NCBI GenBank assembly: GCA_963812015.1
Contig: CAWETI010000002.1
Location: 1,440,001 to 1,504,000 of the forward strand
Source of the DNA: an uncultured delta proteobacterium
Lineage (GTDB): Bacteria > Desulfobacterota > Desulfobaccia > Desulfobaccales > 0-14-0-80-60-11
Reading direction: 5' to 3'
DNA: 64,000 nucleotides
A model generated the notes under the pieces. That model was not told where the DNA came from, ran no database searches, and was given only the letters and a program-made list of their open reading frames with translations. A program made the translations under genes and the position numbers. This document shows positions 26,931 to 37,098 of the stretch, piece by piece; position 1 is the stretch's first letter, and each line of letters opens with the position of its first letter.

Positions 26931-27746
26931 ATGGCTGGCCTGATGGATAACCCGGACAAGAAGGGAGCTCCCGAAGCCTGGATTACGCTGGAAACCCAGG
27001 GGAGTCTCTGGTGGAAGAGCAAGTCGGCGACCTGGGGTTTCCTGGCCCTGGTCCTTTTATGTCTGGGGCTGTTTTTCTGGGGGTTTCACTACCGCGGCCT
27101 ACTGTGGGGCCAGGTGTGCTATTACTCCGGCCTCTGTGCCGACAAGCAATGGATCAAATCCATCCTCGAAGCCGCGGGGCCCCTGGCGCCCCTCATATTC
27201 ATCGTGATCCAGGCCCTCCAGGTGGTGCTGGCCCCCATCCCCGGGGAAGCCACCGGCTTCGTCGGCGGCTACCTGTTCGGCGTCCCCCTGGGCCTGTTCT
27301 ACTCCACTCTCGGGCTGACCCTCGGCTCGGTGGGCGCCTTCCTCATAGCCCGCTGGCTGGAAGAACACTACGTGGCCCGCTGGATCCCCAAGGAAATCCT
27401 CCAAAAATTCGACTTCCTGATGGAGCGCCAGGGGGCCCTGATTTCTTTCATCCTCTTCCTGCTACCCGGTTTCCCCAAGGACTACCTCTGCTTCGTCCTG
27501 GGCCTGAGCCGCATGCCCTTCAAATTATTTCTGCTGATCAGCACTATCGGGCGGATTCCCGGAACCCTGCTCTTAACCCTCCAGGGGGCCAAGGTTTACG
27601 AGGGCGACTATTACAGCACTCTGGTCATCCTGGGGCTGTGCCTGGTCTTCATCGTGGTCCTGGGGTACTACCGGGCGGCGGTGTACCGGTGGATAAGGCG
27701 CTTTGACCATCCCGAAAACCAGGCGCCGGGTTCGGGCAACTCATAA
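26931..27746 (+). CDS. TVP38/TMEM64 (DedA/VTT) membrane protein
   Basis: IQALQVVLAPIPGE..GF.GGYLFG, LLPGFPKDYLC, GRIPG. Confidence 0.88.
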   Translation: MAGLMDNPDKKGAPEAWITLETQGSLWWKSKSATWGFLALVLLCLGLFFWGFHYRGLLWGQVCYYSGLCADKQWIKSILEAAGPLAPLIFIVIQALQVVLAPIPGEATGFVGGYLFGVPLGLFYSTLGLTLGSVGAFLIARWLEEHYVARWIPKEILQKFDFLMERQGALISFILFLLPGFPKDYLCFVLGLSRMPFKLFLLISTIGRIPGTLLLTLQGAKVYEGDYYSTLVILGLCLVFIVVLGYYRAAVYRWIRRFDHPENQAPGSGNS

Positions 27747-27817
27747 GGTGGGGGGAGGGCCGGGGCGGGTGACCCTGGTGCCCTCCTGCAGAAATATGCT
27801 TATCAAGGGAGCAAACC

Positions 27818-28834
27818 ATGGTAATGGATTCTGAAGGCGGTTTTGATCAAATTATGGCCATGGCCCGGGGGTTCCAGGTCTCTAAAATGCTTATGGTGGC
27901 CGTGGATCTGGGCCTGTTCGATTTCCTGGCCGAACCTAAGAGCGCGGTGGAGACCGCGGCCTGGCTGAAGGCCGACCACCGGGCCACCGGCATCTTCTTG
28001 AACGGCCTGGCGGCCCTGGGTATCCTGGACAAGGGCGTGGACTACTTCCGAAACAGCGCCCTGGCCTCCCGCTACCTGGTGCGGAGTTCGGAAAATTACC
28101 GGGGGGCCATCATCAAGCACATGGAACACACCTGGAAACGGGGCTGGGAAGACCTGCACCAAACGGTTCTGGTGGGTCATCCCCCGGAAGTGGACAAGGA
28201 AAAATGGGTGGATAGCCGACCCGAACGGGACGAAGCCGAGGTCCGGTCCTTCATCTGGGGCATGCACGCCATCGCCCGGGACCTGGCGCCCACCGTGGCG
28301 GCCCGGCTGGATCTGAAGGGCGTGCGCCGTCTGTTGGACCTGGGCGGCGGCCCGGCCACCTATGCCATCAACTTTGCCCAGGCCAACCCGGAACTTAAAG
28401 CCACCGTCTTCGACCTGCCCATGCCCATTGAGATCGCCCGGGAAAATATCGCCAAAAACGGCCTGACGGATCGGGTGGACACCCTGGCGGGAAACTTCCT
28501 CCACGATGACATCGGCACGGGCTACGATTTCATCTGGATCTCCCAGATCCTCCACAGCCATGACGAGGGGCAGTGCAAGCTCATCATCGCCAAGGCGGTG
28601 GCCGCCCTCACTGCCGGGGGCACCCTGGCCATCCAGGATTTCTATCTCAACGCCGACGGCGCCAGCCCCAAGGGCGCGGCCATGTTCGGGGTGCATATGC
28701 TGGCCGTTACCCCCCGGGGCCGGGCTTATACCCACGGCGAGGTGGCGGAGTGGATGCAGGAGGCGAGGCTGGCGGCTCCGGAGTTCATCGAGAGCGGTAT
28801 GGACGCCAGCATTTTGGTAGCAAAAAAGCCGTAG
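27818..28834 (+). CDS. O-methyltransferase (dimerisation plus methyltransferase_2 domains)
   Basis: AVDLGLFD, LLDLGGGPA, VFDLP, GNFL, SQILH. Confidence 0.88.
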   Translation: MVMDSEGGFDQIMAMARGFQVSKMLMVAVDLGLFDFLAEPKSAVETAAWLKADHRATGIFLNGLAALGILDKGVDYFRNSALASRYLVRSSENYRGAIIKHMEHTWKRGWEDLHQTVLVGHPPEVDKEKWVDSRPERDEAEVRSFIWGMHAIARDLAPTVAARLDLKGVRRLLDLGGGPATYAINFAQANPELKATVFDLPMPIEIARENIAKNGLTDRVDTLAGNFLHDDIGTGYDFIWISQILHSHDEGQCKLIIAKAVAALTAGGTLAIQDFYLNADGASPKGAAMFGVHMLAVTPRGRAYTHGEVAEWMQEARLAAPEFIESGMDASILVAKKP

Positions 28835-28919
28835 GGGGGCAGTAAGTTACCGGGCGAAAAGGATGCCTTTCTCGGATGTAGTCAACCGGGCAGTAAAAAC
28901 TTAGACCGGATGGACCTCT

Positions 28920-29309
28920 TTATGCCGATTTGGGGCGATCGGGGCTATTTTGCCAGGGCCAGCGTCCGGTGATCTCCAGTTCCAGGGCAAAGCTCAGAAA
29001 GGTTAGAATTACTACCAAAAGCGCCAATATCCCCAGGTCCAGGTAGGTAGGACCAACCGCCACCGTGCCGACGATATCGGAAGCAATGAGAAATTCCAGA
29101 CCCAGCAGGATGGCCTTGCCAAAATCGCTGCGAAATCTCCGATAACAATCGTCCAGGGCTCCCTCTTTGATGACCCGCACGACAAAGATGATGGTGGTGG
29201 TTACTGCACCCACCACGATGATGCCAATGGCAATGGATTCGATTCCCACTGCGACCCATTTGATCAACTGATCGAAGCCCTCGAAGCCTCTGCTTGCGCC
29301 CACCATCAT
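28920..29309 (-). CDS. DUF1622 membrane protein
   Basis: GKAILLGLEFLIASDI..TV, FLSFALELEITGRWPWQ. Confidence 0.88.
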   Translation of the reverse strand: MMVGASRGFEGFDQLIKWVAVGIESIAIGIIVVGAVTTTIIFVVRVIKEGALDDCYRRFRSDFGKAILLGLEFLIASDIVGTVAVGPTYLDLGILALLVVILTFLSFALELEITGRWPWQNSPDRPKSA

Positions 29310-29376
29310 GCAGTCCCCGCCAATGATAATTTTCTCTAATCTGCTGCGCCTACCAGGTTAAGTTTTTGTCAGCCCT

Positions 29377-30294
29377 TTATTCTTTGCTCCCTTGCCCCAA
29401 CAAATCTGTCAGCGCCGCCTCAATGCTGGGGAAGTTGAACATGAAACCTGCGTCCAGCAGCCGTTTGGGCAAGACCATTTGCCCCGTGAGCAGGGTGTCG
29501 GCAAATTCCCCCAGCATCAGGCGCAGCATGAATCCCGGGGCCGCCAACCAGGTGGGTCGGCCCAAGACCCGGCCCAGGGCCCGGGTCAGGTCCCGGTTGC
29601 GCACCGGGTGGGGAGCGGTGAGATTCACGGGGCCGGAGATTTCCGGGTGCGACTGGATGAACCGGAAGGCCCGGGCGTGGTCCTGCTGGTGAATCCAGGA
29701 GAACCACTGGAGCCCGGAGCCGATGGGTCCCCCCAGGAATTTCTTGAACATCGGGACCATCTGACCCAAGGCCCCGCCGTCCTTGCCCAGGACGATGCCG
29801 AAGCGGGTGACCACCACCCGGACCCCCAAATCCTGGGCTTTCAAGGCCTCGGCCTCCCAGTTTTTAGCCACCTCACCCAGGAAGCCGGCATCCGGCGGGG
29901 AATCTTCGGTGAGGACCTCCTCCCCCCGGGGTCCGTAGTAACCCACCGCCGAGGTGCTGCAGAAGAGCTGCCGCCGGTCCCCCGCGGCCAGGGCGGCCAC
30001 CAGGTTACGGGTGGTGCTCACCCGGCTTTCAAAGATTTCCTTCTTATGGGCTTCGCTCCAGCGGGTGAAGATGGAGGCCCCTGCCAGATTGATGATCCAG
30101 TCATGCTCCGGCACCGCCGCCATCCAGAGTCCCGCCTGGGTGGGATCGCCCGTGAGTAAGCTGATCCCGGCCGGGGCCGGAACCGGGGACTGGGCTCTGC
30201 GGCTGAGGATGGTGATGGTGTGGCCCGTCTGGGCCAGTTCCCGGGACAGATAGGTGCCCACAAAACCGGTGCCGCCGGTCATGAACACTTTCAT
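29377..30294 (-). CDS. TIGR01777-family NAD(P)-dependent epimerase/oxidoreductase
   Basis: TGGTGFVG, INLAGASI..RW, SAVGYYG, GSGLQWFSWIH. Confidence 0.92.
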   Translation of the reverse strand: MKVFMTGGTGFVGTYLSRELAQTGHTITILSRRAQSPVPAPAGISLLTGDPTQAGLWMAAVPEHDWIINLAGASIFTRWSEAHKKEIFESRVSTTRNLVAALAAGDRRQLFCSTSAVGYYGPRGEEVLTEDSPPDAGFLGEVAKNWEAEALKAQDLGVRVVVTRFGIVLGKDGGALGQMVPMFKKFLGGPIGSGLQWFSWIHQQDHARAFRFIQSHPEISGPVNLTAPHPVRNRDLTRALGRVLGRPTWLAAPGFMLRLMLGEFADTLLTGQMVLPKRLLDAGFMFNFPSIEAALTDLLGQGSKE

Positions 30295-30546
30295 GATGGC
30301 TGTCCTCGCTTTTTCCGGCGGGGCGGGGATCAGGGCGGGGCTCTCAACCCGGCACTCCATGCCCACTCCTGGAGACGTGCCCTCCGCCCAGTTTCATGAA
30401 AATTAACCATCAGGAACGGGTGGGGCAAGCATTTGGGACTCGGTCTGGTGGGACAGAAAGCATGGCCGTGGCGCTTCGCGATATTATGAGCGCCGCGGCC
30501 CCGAGGCCAGGTTCAATGAGCGCCGCGGCCGTGCCCAGCCGCAAGA

Positions 30547-31143
30547 TCACGTGGCGCCGGCGGTTTTCTTCCCCAGTTCCCTGGCTCCTAAAGCGATGAT
30601 AATATAAGACCAGCCGCTAAAAATCATTTCAATGGCCACAAACAGGCCGATCACCCAAAATCCCGACACCGGCCAGCGGGCCAGGATCATGAAGCCCAAA
30701 ATAATGGCGGCGATGCCCCCGATCAGAGGCCAGCCCCAGTTCTTGACGCGTCGTAGCTGAAAGGCCATGATGATGCGCACCACCCCGATGCCCACCAAGG
30801 CCCCGGCGATGAGCAGGGTGAACAGGGTTGAGGCCACCAGCGGGTCGGCCATGATGCTGAGGCCCGCCAGCACATACAGGATGGCAATGATCACGTGCCA
30901 CAGGACACTCTGCCACCCCCGGCATTTGAAGGTTTGAAAGATCTGGACCCCGCCGCCGATAAGCAGAAGGACCCCGAAAATAAACACGGTGGCCAGGGTC
31001 AGCCAGATGGTCATGCCCAAGCCGATGGTTCCCAGGATCACCAGGAGAATGCCCTGGGCCAGGAGCCAGCCCCAGTTATGGATCAGGTCCCCAAAGACCT
31101 CAGAGGGAACTAGAGCTTGTAATGATTCGGTGCCATTAGTCAT
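30547..31143 (-). CDS. HdeD/DUF308 membrane protein
   Basis: WGWLLAQGILLVILG...WP.SG.WVIGLFVAIEMIFSG; about six TM segments. Confidence 0.88.
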   Translation of the reverse strand: MTNGTESLQALVPSEVFGDLIHNWGWLLAQGILLVILGTIGLGMTIWLTLATVFIFGVLLLIGGGVQIFQTFKCRGWQSVLWHVIIAILYVLAGLSIMADPLVASTLFTLLIAGALVGIGVVRIIMAFQLRRVKNWGWPLIGGIAAIILGFMILARWPVSGFWVIGLFVAIEMIFSGWSYIIIALGARELGKKTAGAT

Positions 31144-31361
31144 TCTTCCGCCTCCTCAAACCTGCGATATGTTCAGAATATAATTACTTCTTCTCTATCG
31201 GCCAGTGGTGGCGGAAAGTTAAAGTTGAGAAACCACAACCAACCGCCAGTCCAGGATAATTAAGACATTTACCGGTAATGCGCAGACAAAATCGAGGTTC
31301 TGACCGGATGGTTTATTAAGCGTCCCAGGAGCCATCTCACTGGCCAAGGGGTGCACGCATC

Positions 31362-32606
31362 TCAGGACTGGAAGAAGGAGGTCACCACCATCAATAACGT
31401 CAAAATGATCAAAATCACCACAGTGACCCAGGAGATGACATTATAACCCCAGTTATTGACATAGTCGCCCATGAGATCACGGTTGTTGACCAAGAGCAAC
31501 ATAAAGATCAGGACAAAGGGCAGCATCACCCCGTTGACCACCTGGGACCAAAACATCACCGCAATGAGAGGCATATTCGGGATGAGGATCACCCCGGCGC
31601 CGATGATTATGAGCAAGGTATAGAGCCAATAAAATACCGGTGCCTCTTTCCAGGAATGATTGATACCCGCCTCGAGGCCGAAGGCCTCGCAAGTGAAATA
31701 CGCGGTGGACAGAGGGAGAATGGAAGCCGAAAACAGCGAGGCATTCAACAGGCCGATGGCAAAGAGGGTGGAGGCCCAGACCCCGGCCAGAGGGGCCAGG
31801 GCCAGGGCGGCTTCTTTGGCGTTTTCTATCTTAATTCCATGTAGATGAATAGTGGCGGCGCATGCCACAATAATGAACATGGCCACGAAGTCACACATAA
31901 AACAACCTAAGATATTGTCCAGCCTAGAATAGCCGTAATCTTTGACGGTGATGCCTTTTTCCACCACCGCGGACTGAATGTAGAACTGCTGCCAGGGGGC
32001 GATGGTGGTGCCGATCACTCCCACCAGGATGATAATGTAGTTGGCACTGAAGCTGAAGCTGGGGACCAACAGATCAGTGGCCACAAGGCTCCAGTCGGGT
32101 TTAGCCATAATCCCGGAAGCGACATAACAGAAGTAAAAAAGGCATGCCACCAAAAAAATCCGCTCCACGAACTTGTATGTTCCGCGCAGTACGAACCACC
32201 AGATGAAAAGGGCTCCCAAGGGAACCGAAATATACTTGCTCACCCCGAACAACTCCATACTGGCGGCGACTCCGGCAAATTCGCAGATGACGTTGCCCAG
32301 GTTTCCCAACAACAAACCCAACATGGCGAAAAAGGTGATCCGGACGCCGAAGCGCTCCCGGATCAAGTCCGCCAGGCCCTTGCCAGTAACCACACCCATG
32401 CGAATGCATATCTCCTGAACCATGATCAGGACTATGGTCATGGGGATGATCGTCCAGAGTAGTTTGTACCCGTAAGAGGCACCCGCAATGGAGTAGGTGG
32501 TAATGCCGCCGGCGTCGTTATCCACGTTGGCGGTGATGATGCCGGGACCCAATATAGCAAGGAAAATCCAAAATCTCCGGGATAAATTGGGCATTCTGAG
32601 GTTCAT
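31362..32606 (-). CDS. NRAMP-related divalent metal (probably Mg2+) transporter
   Basis: GPGIITANVDNDAGGI.TYS..GA.YGY, GTTIAPW; lacks the DPGN motif of classical MntH; under M-box control. Confidence 0.88.
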   Translation of the reverse strand: MNLRMPNLSRRFWIFLAILGPGIITANVDNDAGGITTYSIAGASYGYKLLWTIIPMTIVLIMVQEICIRMGVVTGKGLADLIRERFGVRITFFAMLGLLLGNLGNVICEFAGVAASMELFGVSKYISVPLGALFIWWFVLRGTYKFVERIFLVACLFYFCYVASGIMAKPDWSLVATDLLVPSFSFSANYIIILVGVIGTTIAPWQQFYIQSAVVEKGITVKDYGYSRLDNILGCFMCDFVAMFIIVACAATIHLHGIKIENAKEAALALAPLAGVWASTLFAIGLLNASLFSASILPLSTAYFTCEAFGLEAGINHSWKEAPVFYWLYTLLIIIGAGVILIPNMPLIAVMFWSQVVNGVMLPFVLIFMLLLVNNRDLMGDYVNNWGYNVISWVTVVILIILTLLMVVTSFFQS

Positions 32607-33901
32607 TATTTCTTGCCTCCCATTGCCGAGCGCTTGCTGACGAAAAAGTTGGCAAAGGTCTCCAGGCTACCGCGGTCGGGAACGAGCATCTCCAGGACGT
32701 CGTCCATCGTGATGATGCCCAGCATCTTGAGGTCATCGTCGACCACGGGAATGGCAAGAAGATTGTACTTGTTGACGATCTCGGCGACTTCCCGGTCGGA
32801 CTCCTGGGGAGAGACCGACAATATCCGGGTCTGCATCAGATCCTCAAGTTTGGTGTCGGGCTCGGCCATGATGAGTTCCCGCAGGGACAGGGCCCCGATC
32901 AGGGTCTCGTCTTCCTTTAACACATAAAGATAATAAATGGTCTCCGCTTCCGCGGCCAGGGTGCGCAATTGGCTGATGGCCTCCGCGGCGGTGCTATTCG
33001 GGGACAGAGCGATGTATTCCGGAGTCATCAGGGCCCCGGCGGTGCCTTCCTCGTAATCCATCAACTCCCGCACTTCCTGGGCTTCTTCCGGCTCCATCAG
33101 GTTCAGGAGTTCGTCGGATTTTTCTTCCGGCAGTTCCGCTAAGAGGTCCGCGGCTTCATCGGGGGGCATCTCTTCCAACAGGTCCGAAGCCTGCTGGCTG
33201 TCCATGTGTTCCAGGATTTCAATCTGGGTATCCAACTCCATTTCGGCGAAGGCCTCGGCCGCCACCTCCACGTCCAGGTCTTCGATAAAGTCGGCCCTTT
33301 TCTTATAATCCAGGTCCTCGATGATCTCCGCCAGGTCGGCCGGGTGGAGTTGATCCAGCTGCTGTTTTTCCTTCCGAAGCATCAGACTGGCGGTCTTATC
33401 TTCCGGATGTTGGATGAATTCCCACCAGACCAGGTGATTTTCCAGCCGGCGAAAGAGAAATTCCACCCCCAACCGTCGGGCCAGACCTCGCAAGCCGATA
33501 TCCACCGCGTTGAGGAGGAGGTGTGGCTGATCCCGGCCCTGGAGCCAGAAGAGCTTGATATCATTGACCCGGACGACCTTGGAGCCCTTCAAGTCAATGA
33601 TCTGCTTGTCCATGAGCCACTTGCCCATGTAGATTTCATCGGGTTGCAGAGGCACCAGGGCGCTCTCATCCAGTTCGTGCAGCAGGCTGATATGGGTGGC
33701 ATCGATGCGGGCCACCTGGTCTACCGGGATGAGTTTCTGGGTGCCCCTGGCGTATTTGATCCCGGTCACCCGGGGGGTGTCGCCTTCCCAACGAATGGCC
33801 AGGTCGCGGAATTTACCCACCTGGCGGCCATGGTGATCATGAATGGGTTTCCCCTGGATTTGGCTGAAAAAAAATTCCCCCATAACCCTGATTTTTTCCA
33901 C
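32606..33901 (-). CDS. MgtE intracellular-domain plus CBS protein without the MgtE membrane domain
   Basis: PRC-like N-terminus (DKQIID..G.KVVRVND), LHPADLAE, MPPDEAADLL, TAGALMT, YYLYV, GIITMDDVLE; ends 23 aa later with no TM helices. Confidence 0.88.
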   Translation of the reverse strand: MEKIRVMGEFFFSQIQGKPIHDHHGRQVGKFRDLAIRWEGDTPRVTGIKYARGTQKLIPVDQVARIDATHISLLHELDESALVPLQPDEIYMGKWLMDKQIIDLKGSKVVRVNDIKLFWLQGRDQPHLLLNAVDIGLRGLARRLGVEFLFRRLENHLVWWEFIQHPEDKTASLMLRKEKQQLDQLHPADLAEIIEDLDYKKRADFIEDLDVEVAAEAFAEMELDTQIEILEHMDSQQASDLLEEMPPDEAADLLAELPEEKSDELLNLMEPEEAQEVRELMDYEEGTAGALMTPEYIALSPNSTAAEAISQLRTLAAEAETIYYLYVLKEDETLIGALSLRELIMAEPDTKLEDLMQTRILSVSPQESDREVAEIVNKYNLLAIPVVDDDLKMLGIITMDDVLEMLVPDRGSLETFANFFVSKRSAMGGKK

Positions 33902-33934
33902 GGGATACCCTCCTTGAGGGAAGTATGGCCCAAT

Positions 33935-33966
33935 AAAAAAGGCCTTGCCACGCGGGTGGAAGGCCT
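33935..33966 (-). terminator. Intrinsic terminator of the M-box expression platform
   Basis: Minus strand AGGCCTTCCAC-CCGC-GTGGCAAGGCCT followed by a T-run. Confidence 0.75.
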
Positions 33967-33992
33967 CGAAAGGACAATAGGCAAACGACCTT

Positions 33993-34150
33993 CCTCACTC
34001 GTGGAGCTTTGGCACTGCATAACGTAGAGTCGATATACTCAGCCACATTAAGTAAAACCTTAAGCCGGCAGTACCTGTTCGGCCCATTGGCGTCTCTCGA
34101 CGTTTCTGGGCAGTGGCCTGTATTTATGCAGGAGCCTCGCCTAACTGAGG
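33993..34150 (-). ncRNA. M-box (ykoK) Mg2+ riboswitch
   Basis: Minus strand GTTAGGCGAGGCTCCTG...CTGCCCAGAAACGTCGAGAGACGCCAATGGG...TAAGGT...TAATG...CAGTGCCAAAGCTCCACGAG matches the recalled ykoK consensus; upstream of an MgtE-domain gene. Confidence 0.92.
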
Positions 34151-34355
34151 TTAATTTACTTTATGCCAGGGAAAAACATCTGTCAACCGGGGAATCCCAA
34201 TCTGAAAACCCAAATGATTAAATCACCAAAAAGGAACAATACCCTCATAAAATACCAGACAGATGACTTTAGAGGGCGGCGCGGTTGGCTGTAAGTTGGA
34301 AATCATACCGTTTTTCCTTATACTTAATGATGAGGAAAACTATCCAGGAGTTCTC

Positions 34356-36950
34356 ATGCCCTTGAAAGGCATTTCGTATCGGTTCATGATGGCCCTAGCC
34401 ATGGTGGTGGTTTTGGTCCCCCCCTGGCCGGTCCGGGCCCAGGCGGCGCCACCGGAGAAACTGGAGAAAGGGGCGGCCCAGTCCCAGACCCTGCTCCAGG
34501 GATTTGAGGCCGGCATTACCCACTTACAAGAGGACCTCAAGGGGTGGGAATCCCGGCTGGTGGCCGCCGCCGACAAGGTGGCCCAGACCACCCAAGAGAT
34601 GGACCATCTCCAGGTTGCCGTGGCCTCACTGAAAGCCACCATGGTCCTGCAGAAGCTTCCCCTGCCCCGGGTGCAGGAGCTCCTGGCCGCCTATGCCGGT
34701 CAAGAAAAGGAACTCAGGGGGAAAATCAAGGACCTGAGCCAGGAGATCGACGCGCTCAAGCAAGACCAGCAAACTCAACTCAGCTTGCAAAATGCTTTGA
34801 GGGTGCAGCTCAATATTATTCAGGCCAAAGAACCCGCCGCCCTGCCCCCGGAGCTGGAACCGGCCTTCTTGCATTACCTGGCCCTGGCGGGGGTTAGGGA
34901 CGCCCTGGTGGTCCGGGTGCTGGACCAACTGGAACAACAGCGCCGGCTTCTGCAGCAGGAGCAGGAACTCCTCGTCGGCCTGGAGCCCCCATTGAAGCAA
35001 CTGGAGGACGCCTGGAAGACCGAACTTCTGAAACGTCCGCCGGAAGCGGTGCCCCTCTGGCAACAAGTCCCCCGGGTGTGGCAGAACCTGGCCACCATAC
35101 CGGCACGGGGCTGGGAATGGCTCAACGACCTTATAAAGTCGGGACGCCTGAGCGCTTTTATCTGGCGGCATCTGGCCCCCATCATCGGCCTGCTCGGCTT
35201 CATCGTGCTATTGGCGTGGAGCACCCGGCGGCTCAACGACCTGGTAACCCGGCGCGTTCAGACCTGGACGGCGCGGGCGGAAGATTCCCACCTGCTGTCC
35301 CTTTACATCCTGGGACAGACCTTGGTCGGTAACTTGTTTGGCCTGGGCCTGATTTTCTGGCTGGGCCTGTTTTTCTGGACTTTTAACCTGTTGGCCTCCG
35401 ACCCGGGGCAGTTAATTCTCGCGCTTCTGGTCACGCTCTGGGCCCTGCGCCTGGGCCTCCAAACGGTTCAAAGGTTTTTTGCCGGCCAGGTTGGGGGGGG
35501 CATCCTGACCCTTGCGCCGGACGTCGCCAGGTTTTACCGCCGCTCGTTGAAACTTTTTCTGGTGTATCTCTGTCTGGGCTTTTTCGGTCTCAAAAGCTCC
35601 GGTCTGCTGGATTTTCCCGAATCCAGCCGGCTGTTCCTGGAGCATTTTTTCCTGTTAGGCGTCCTGGTCTGGGGCTGGTGGCTTTTGCGCCGTCCCTACC
35701 TGACCCGGCTCTTGCCGGAGCTGTCGGATCCGATTTGGCTGCACCGGCCTTGGGTGAGCCTGTTCCTGCGGGGACTGGTGCTATCCCTGCTGGCGGTCAT
35801 CATCCTGGCTGACCTCCTGGGATTTCAAAACCTATCCCTGTACCTGACCCGGGCGGCCGCCTGGACTCTGCTCGCCGCGGTGCTCCTGTGGTTCCTGTGG
35901 TTGATGGGGGAGACCATCATCCGTCATCTCCTCCATCCGGAAGCAGGCCGGGCTACCTGTCGCTTCCCGGAAAAGGTCGAGCTGATCGAGAGGGTCTACA
36001 GCTTCAGCCGCTGGGCCTTATCCCTCATCCTGGGGGTGGCCGTGGTCCTGTGGTCCCTCAACTCCTGGGGGATCACCCCCCCACAGGTGGCCTGGGCTTT
36101 TCGCTGGATGACCTGGGGTGCCACCCTGGGACCGGTGAAGTTGACCACCCTAAGCGTCATCGGCGTCATCCTGGCTCTGTATCTGGGGTTCTTCCTGTCC
36201 CGGGTGGTGCGCAGTCTCATGATGATGCGTATTTTCCCCCGCACCGCCCTGGACCCCGGGGTGCAGTACACCATCTCCACCACCGTGCACTACGTCATCC
36301 TGATCTTGGCAGGGTTGGTCGCCTTGAACATTTTGGGATTTCCCCTGACCAACCTGCTCCTGGTGTTAGGTGCCCTGGGCGTGGGGATCGGCTTCGGCCT
36401 CCAGAACATCTTCAATAACTTCCTCAGCGGTCTCATCCTCCTGTTCGAGCGACCCATCAAAGTGGGGGACATGCTGGTGATCGACGGCCAGTGGGGCCTG
36501 GTGAAGGAGATCCGGGTCAGGAGCACTATCTTTGAAACCTTTGACCGGTATGTCATGATAATCCCCAACTCGGAGTTGATCTCCAATAAAGTCCTCAACT
36601 GGACCCATTACGGGGCGGGCATCAACCGCCTCACCTTGAAGGTGGGGATCTCCTACGGTTCAGACGTGCGCCAGGTGACTCGCCTGCTCAGCGAGGTTTG
36701 CCGGGCCAACCCCCGGGTGGTGGCGGCGCCGCCGCCCCAAATCACCTTCCAGGCCTACGGCGACAGTTCCCTGGACTTCACCATCTGGGTGTACCTGAAA
36801 ACCCCCAGCGACCGCAATCGGGCCACTCATGAGCTGAACAGCGCCATCTTTGAGGCCTTTAACGAGCACGGCATCGAAATTCCCTTTCCCCGGCGGGACC
36901 TCCACATCAAAGAATGGCCGGAGGCCTTGGAGAAGAAGGGCGACGGTTAG
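34356..36950 (+). CDS. Large MscS-family mechanosensitive channel (MscK-like, N-terminal coiled coil)
   Basis: GALGVGIGFGLQNIFNNFLSGLILLFERPIKVGD, IPNS, GDSSLDF, IEIPFPRRD; AGGAG RBS before ATG 34356. Confidence 0.92.
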   Translation: MPLKGISYRFMMALAMVVVLVPPWPVRAQAAPPEKLEKGAAQSQTLLQGFEAGITHLQEDLKGWESRLVAAADKVAQTTQEMDHLQVAVASLKATMVLQKLPLPRVQELLAAYAGQEKELRGKIKDLSQEIDALKQDQQTQLSLQNALRVQLNIIQAKEPAALPPELEPAFLHYLALAGVRDALVVRVLDQLEQQRRLLQQEQELLVGLEPPLKQLEDAWKTELLKRPPEAVPLWQQVPRVWQNLATIPARGWEWLNDLIKSGRLSAFIWRHLAPIIGLLGFIVLLAWSTRRLNDLVTRRVQTWTARAEDSHLLSLYILGQTLVGNLFGLGLIFWLGLFFWTFNLLASDPGQLILALLVTLWALRLGLQTVQRFFAGQVGGGILTLAPDVARFYRRSLKLFLVYLCLGFFGLKSSGLLDFPESSRLFLEHFFLLGVLVWGWWLLRRPYLTRLLPELSDPIWLHRPWVSLFLRGLVLSLLAVIILADLLGFQNLSLYLTRAAAWTLLAAVLLWFLWLMGETIIRHLLHPEAGRATCRFPEKVELIERVYSFSRWALSLILGVAVVLWSLNSWGITPPQVAWAFRWMTWGATLGPVKLTTLSVIGVILALYLGFFLSRVVRSLMMMRIFPRTALDPGVQYTISTTVHYVILILAGLVALNILGFPLTNLLLVLGALGVGIGFGLQNIFNNFLSGLILLFERPIKVGDMLVIDGQWGLVKEIRVRSTIFETFDRYVMIIPNSELISNKVLNWTHYGAGINRLTLKVGISYGSDVRQVTRLLSEVCRANPRVVAAPPPQITFQAYGDSSLDFTIWVYLKTPSDRNRATHELNSAIFEAFNEHGIEIPFPRRDLHIKEWPEALEKKGDG

Positions 36951-37098
36951 GAAGGGCTGCCCGTAGGACTAGGGCTGCCGGATATCGGGAGTTTTTTCAG
37001 GGAAGGGGAGGACGGCTCACGCCTGGGGGGCGACCGCAGAAGGCTCGAGTGCCCCAGGCCGGAGGCCCTTTATTTAAACTGTCGGAGGTGAAACCGGC

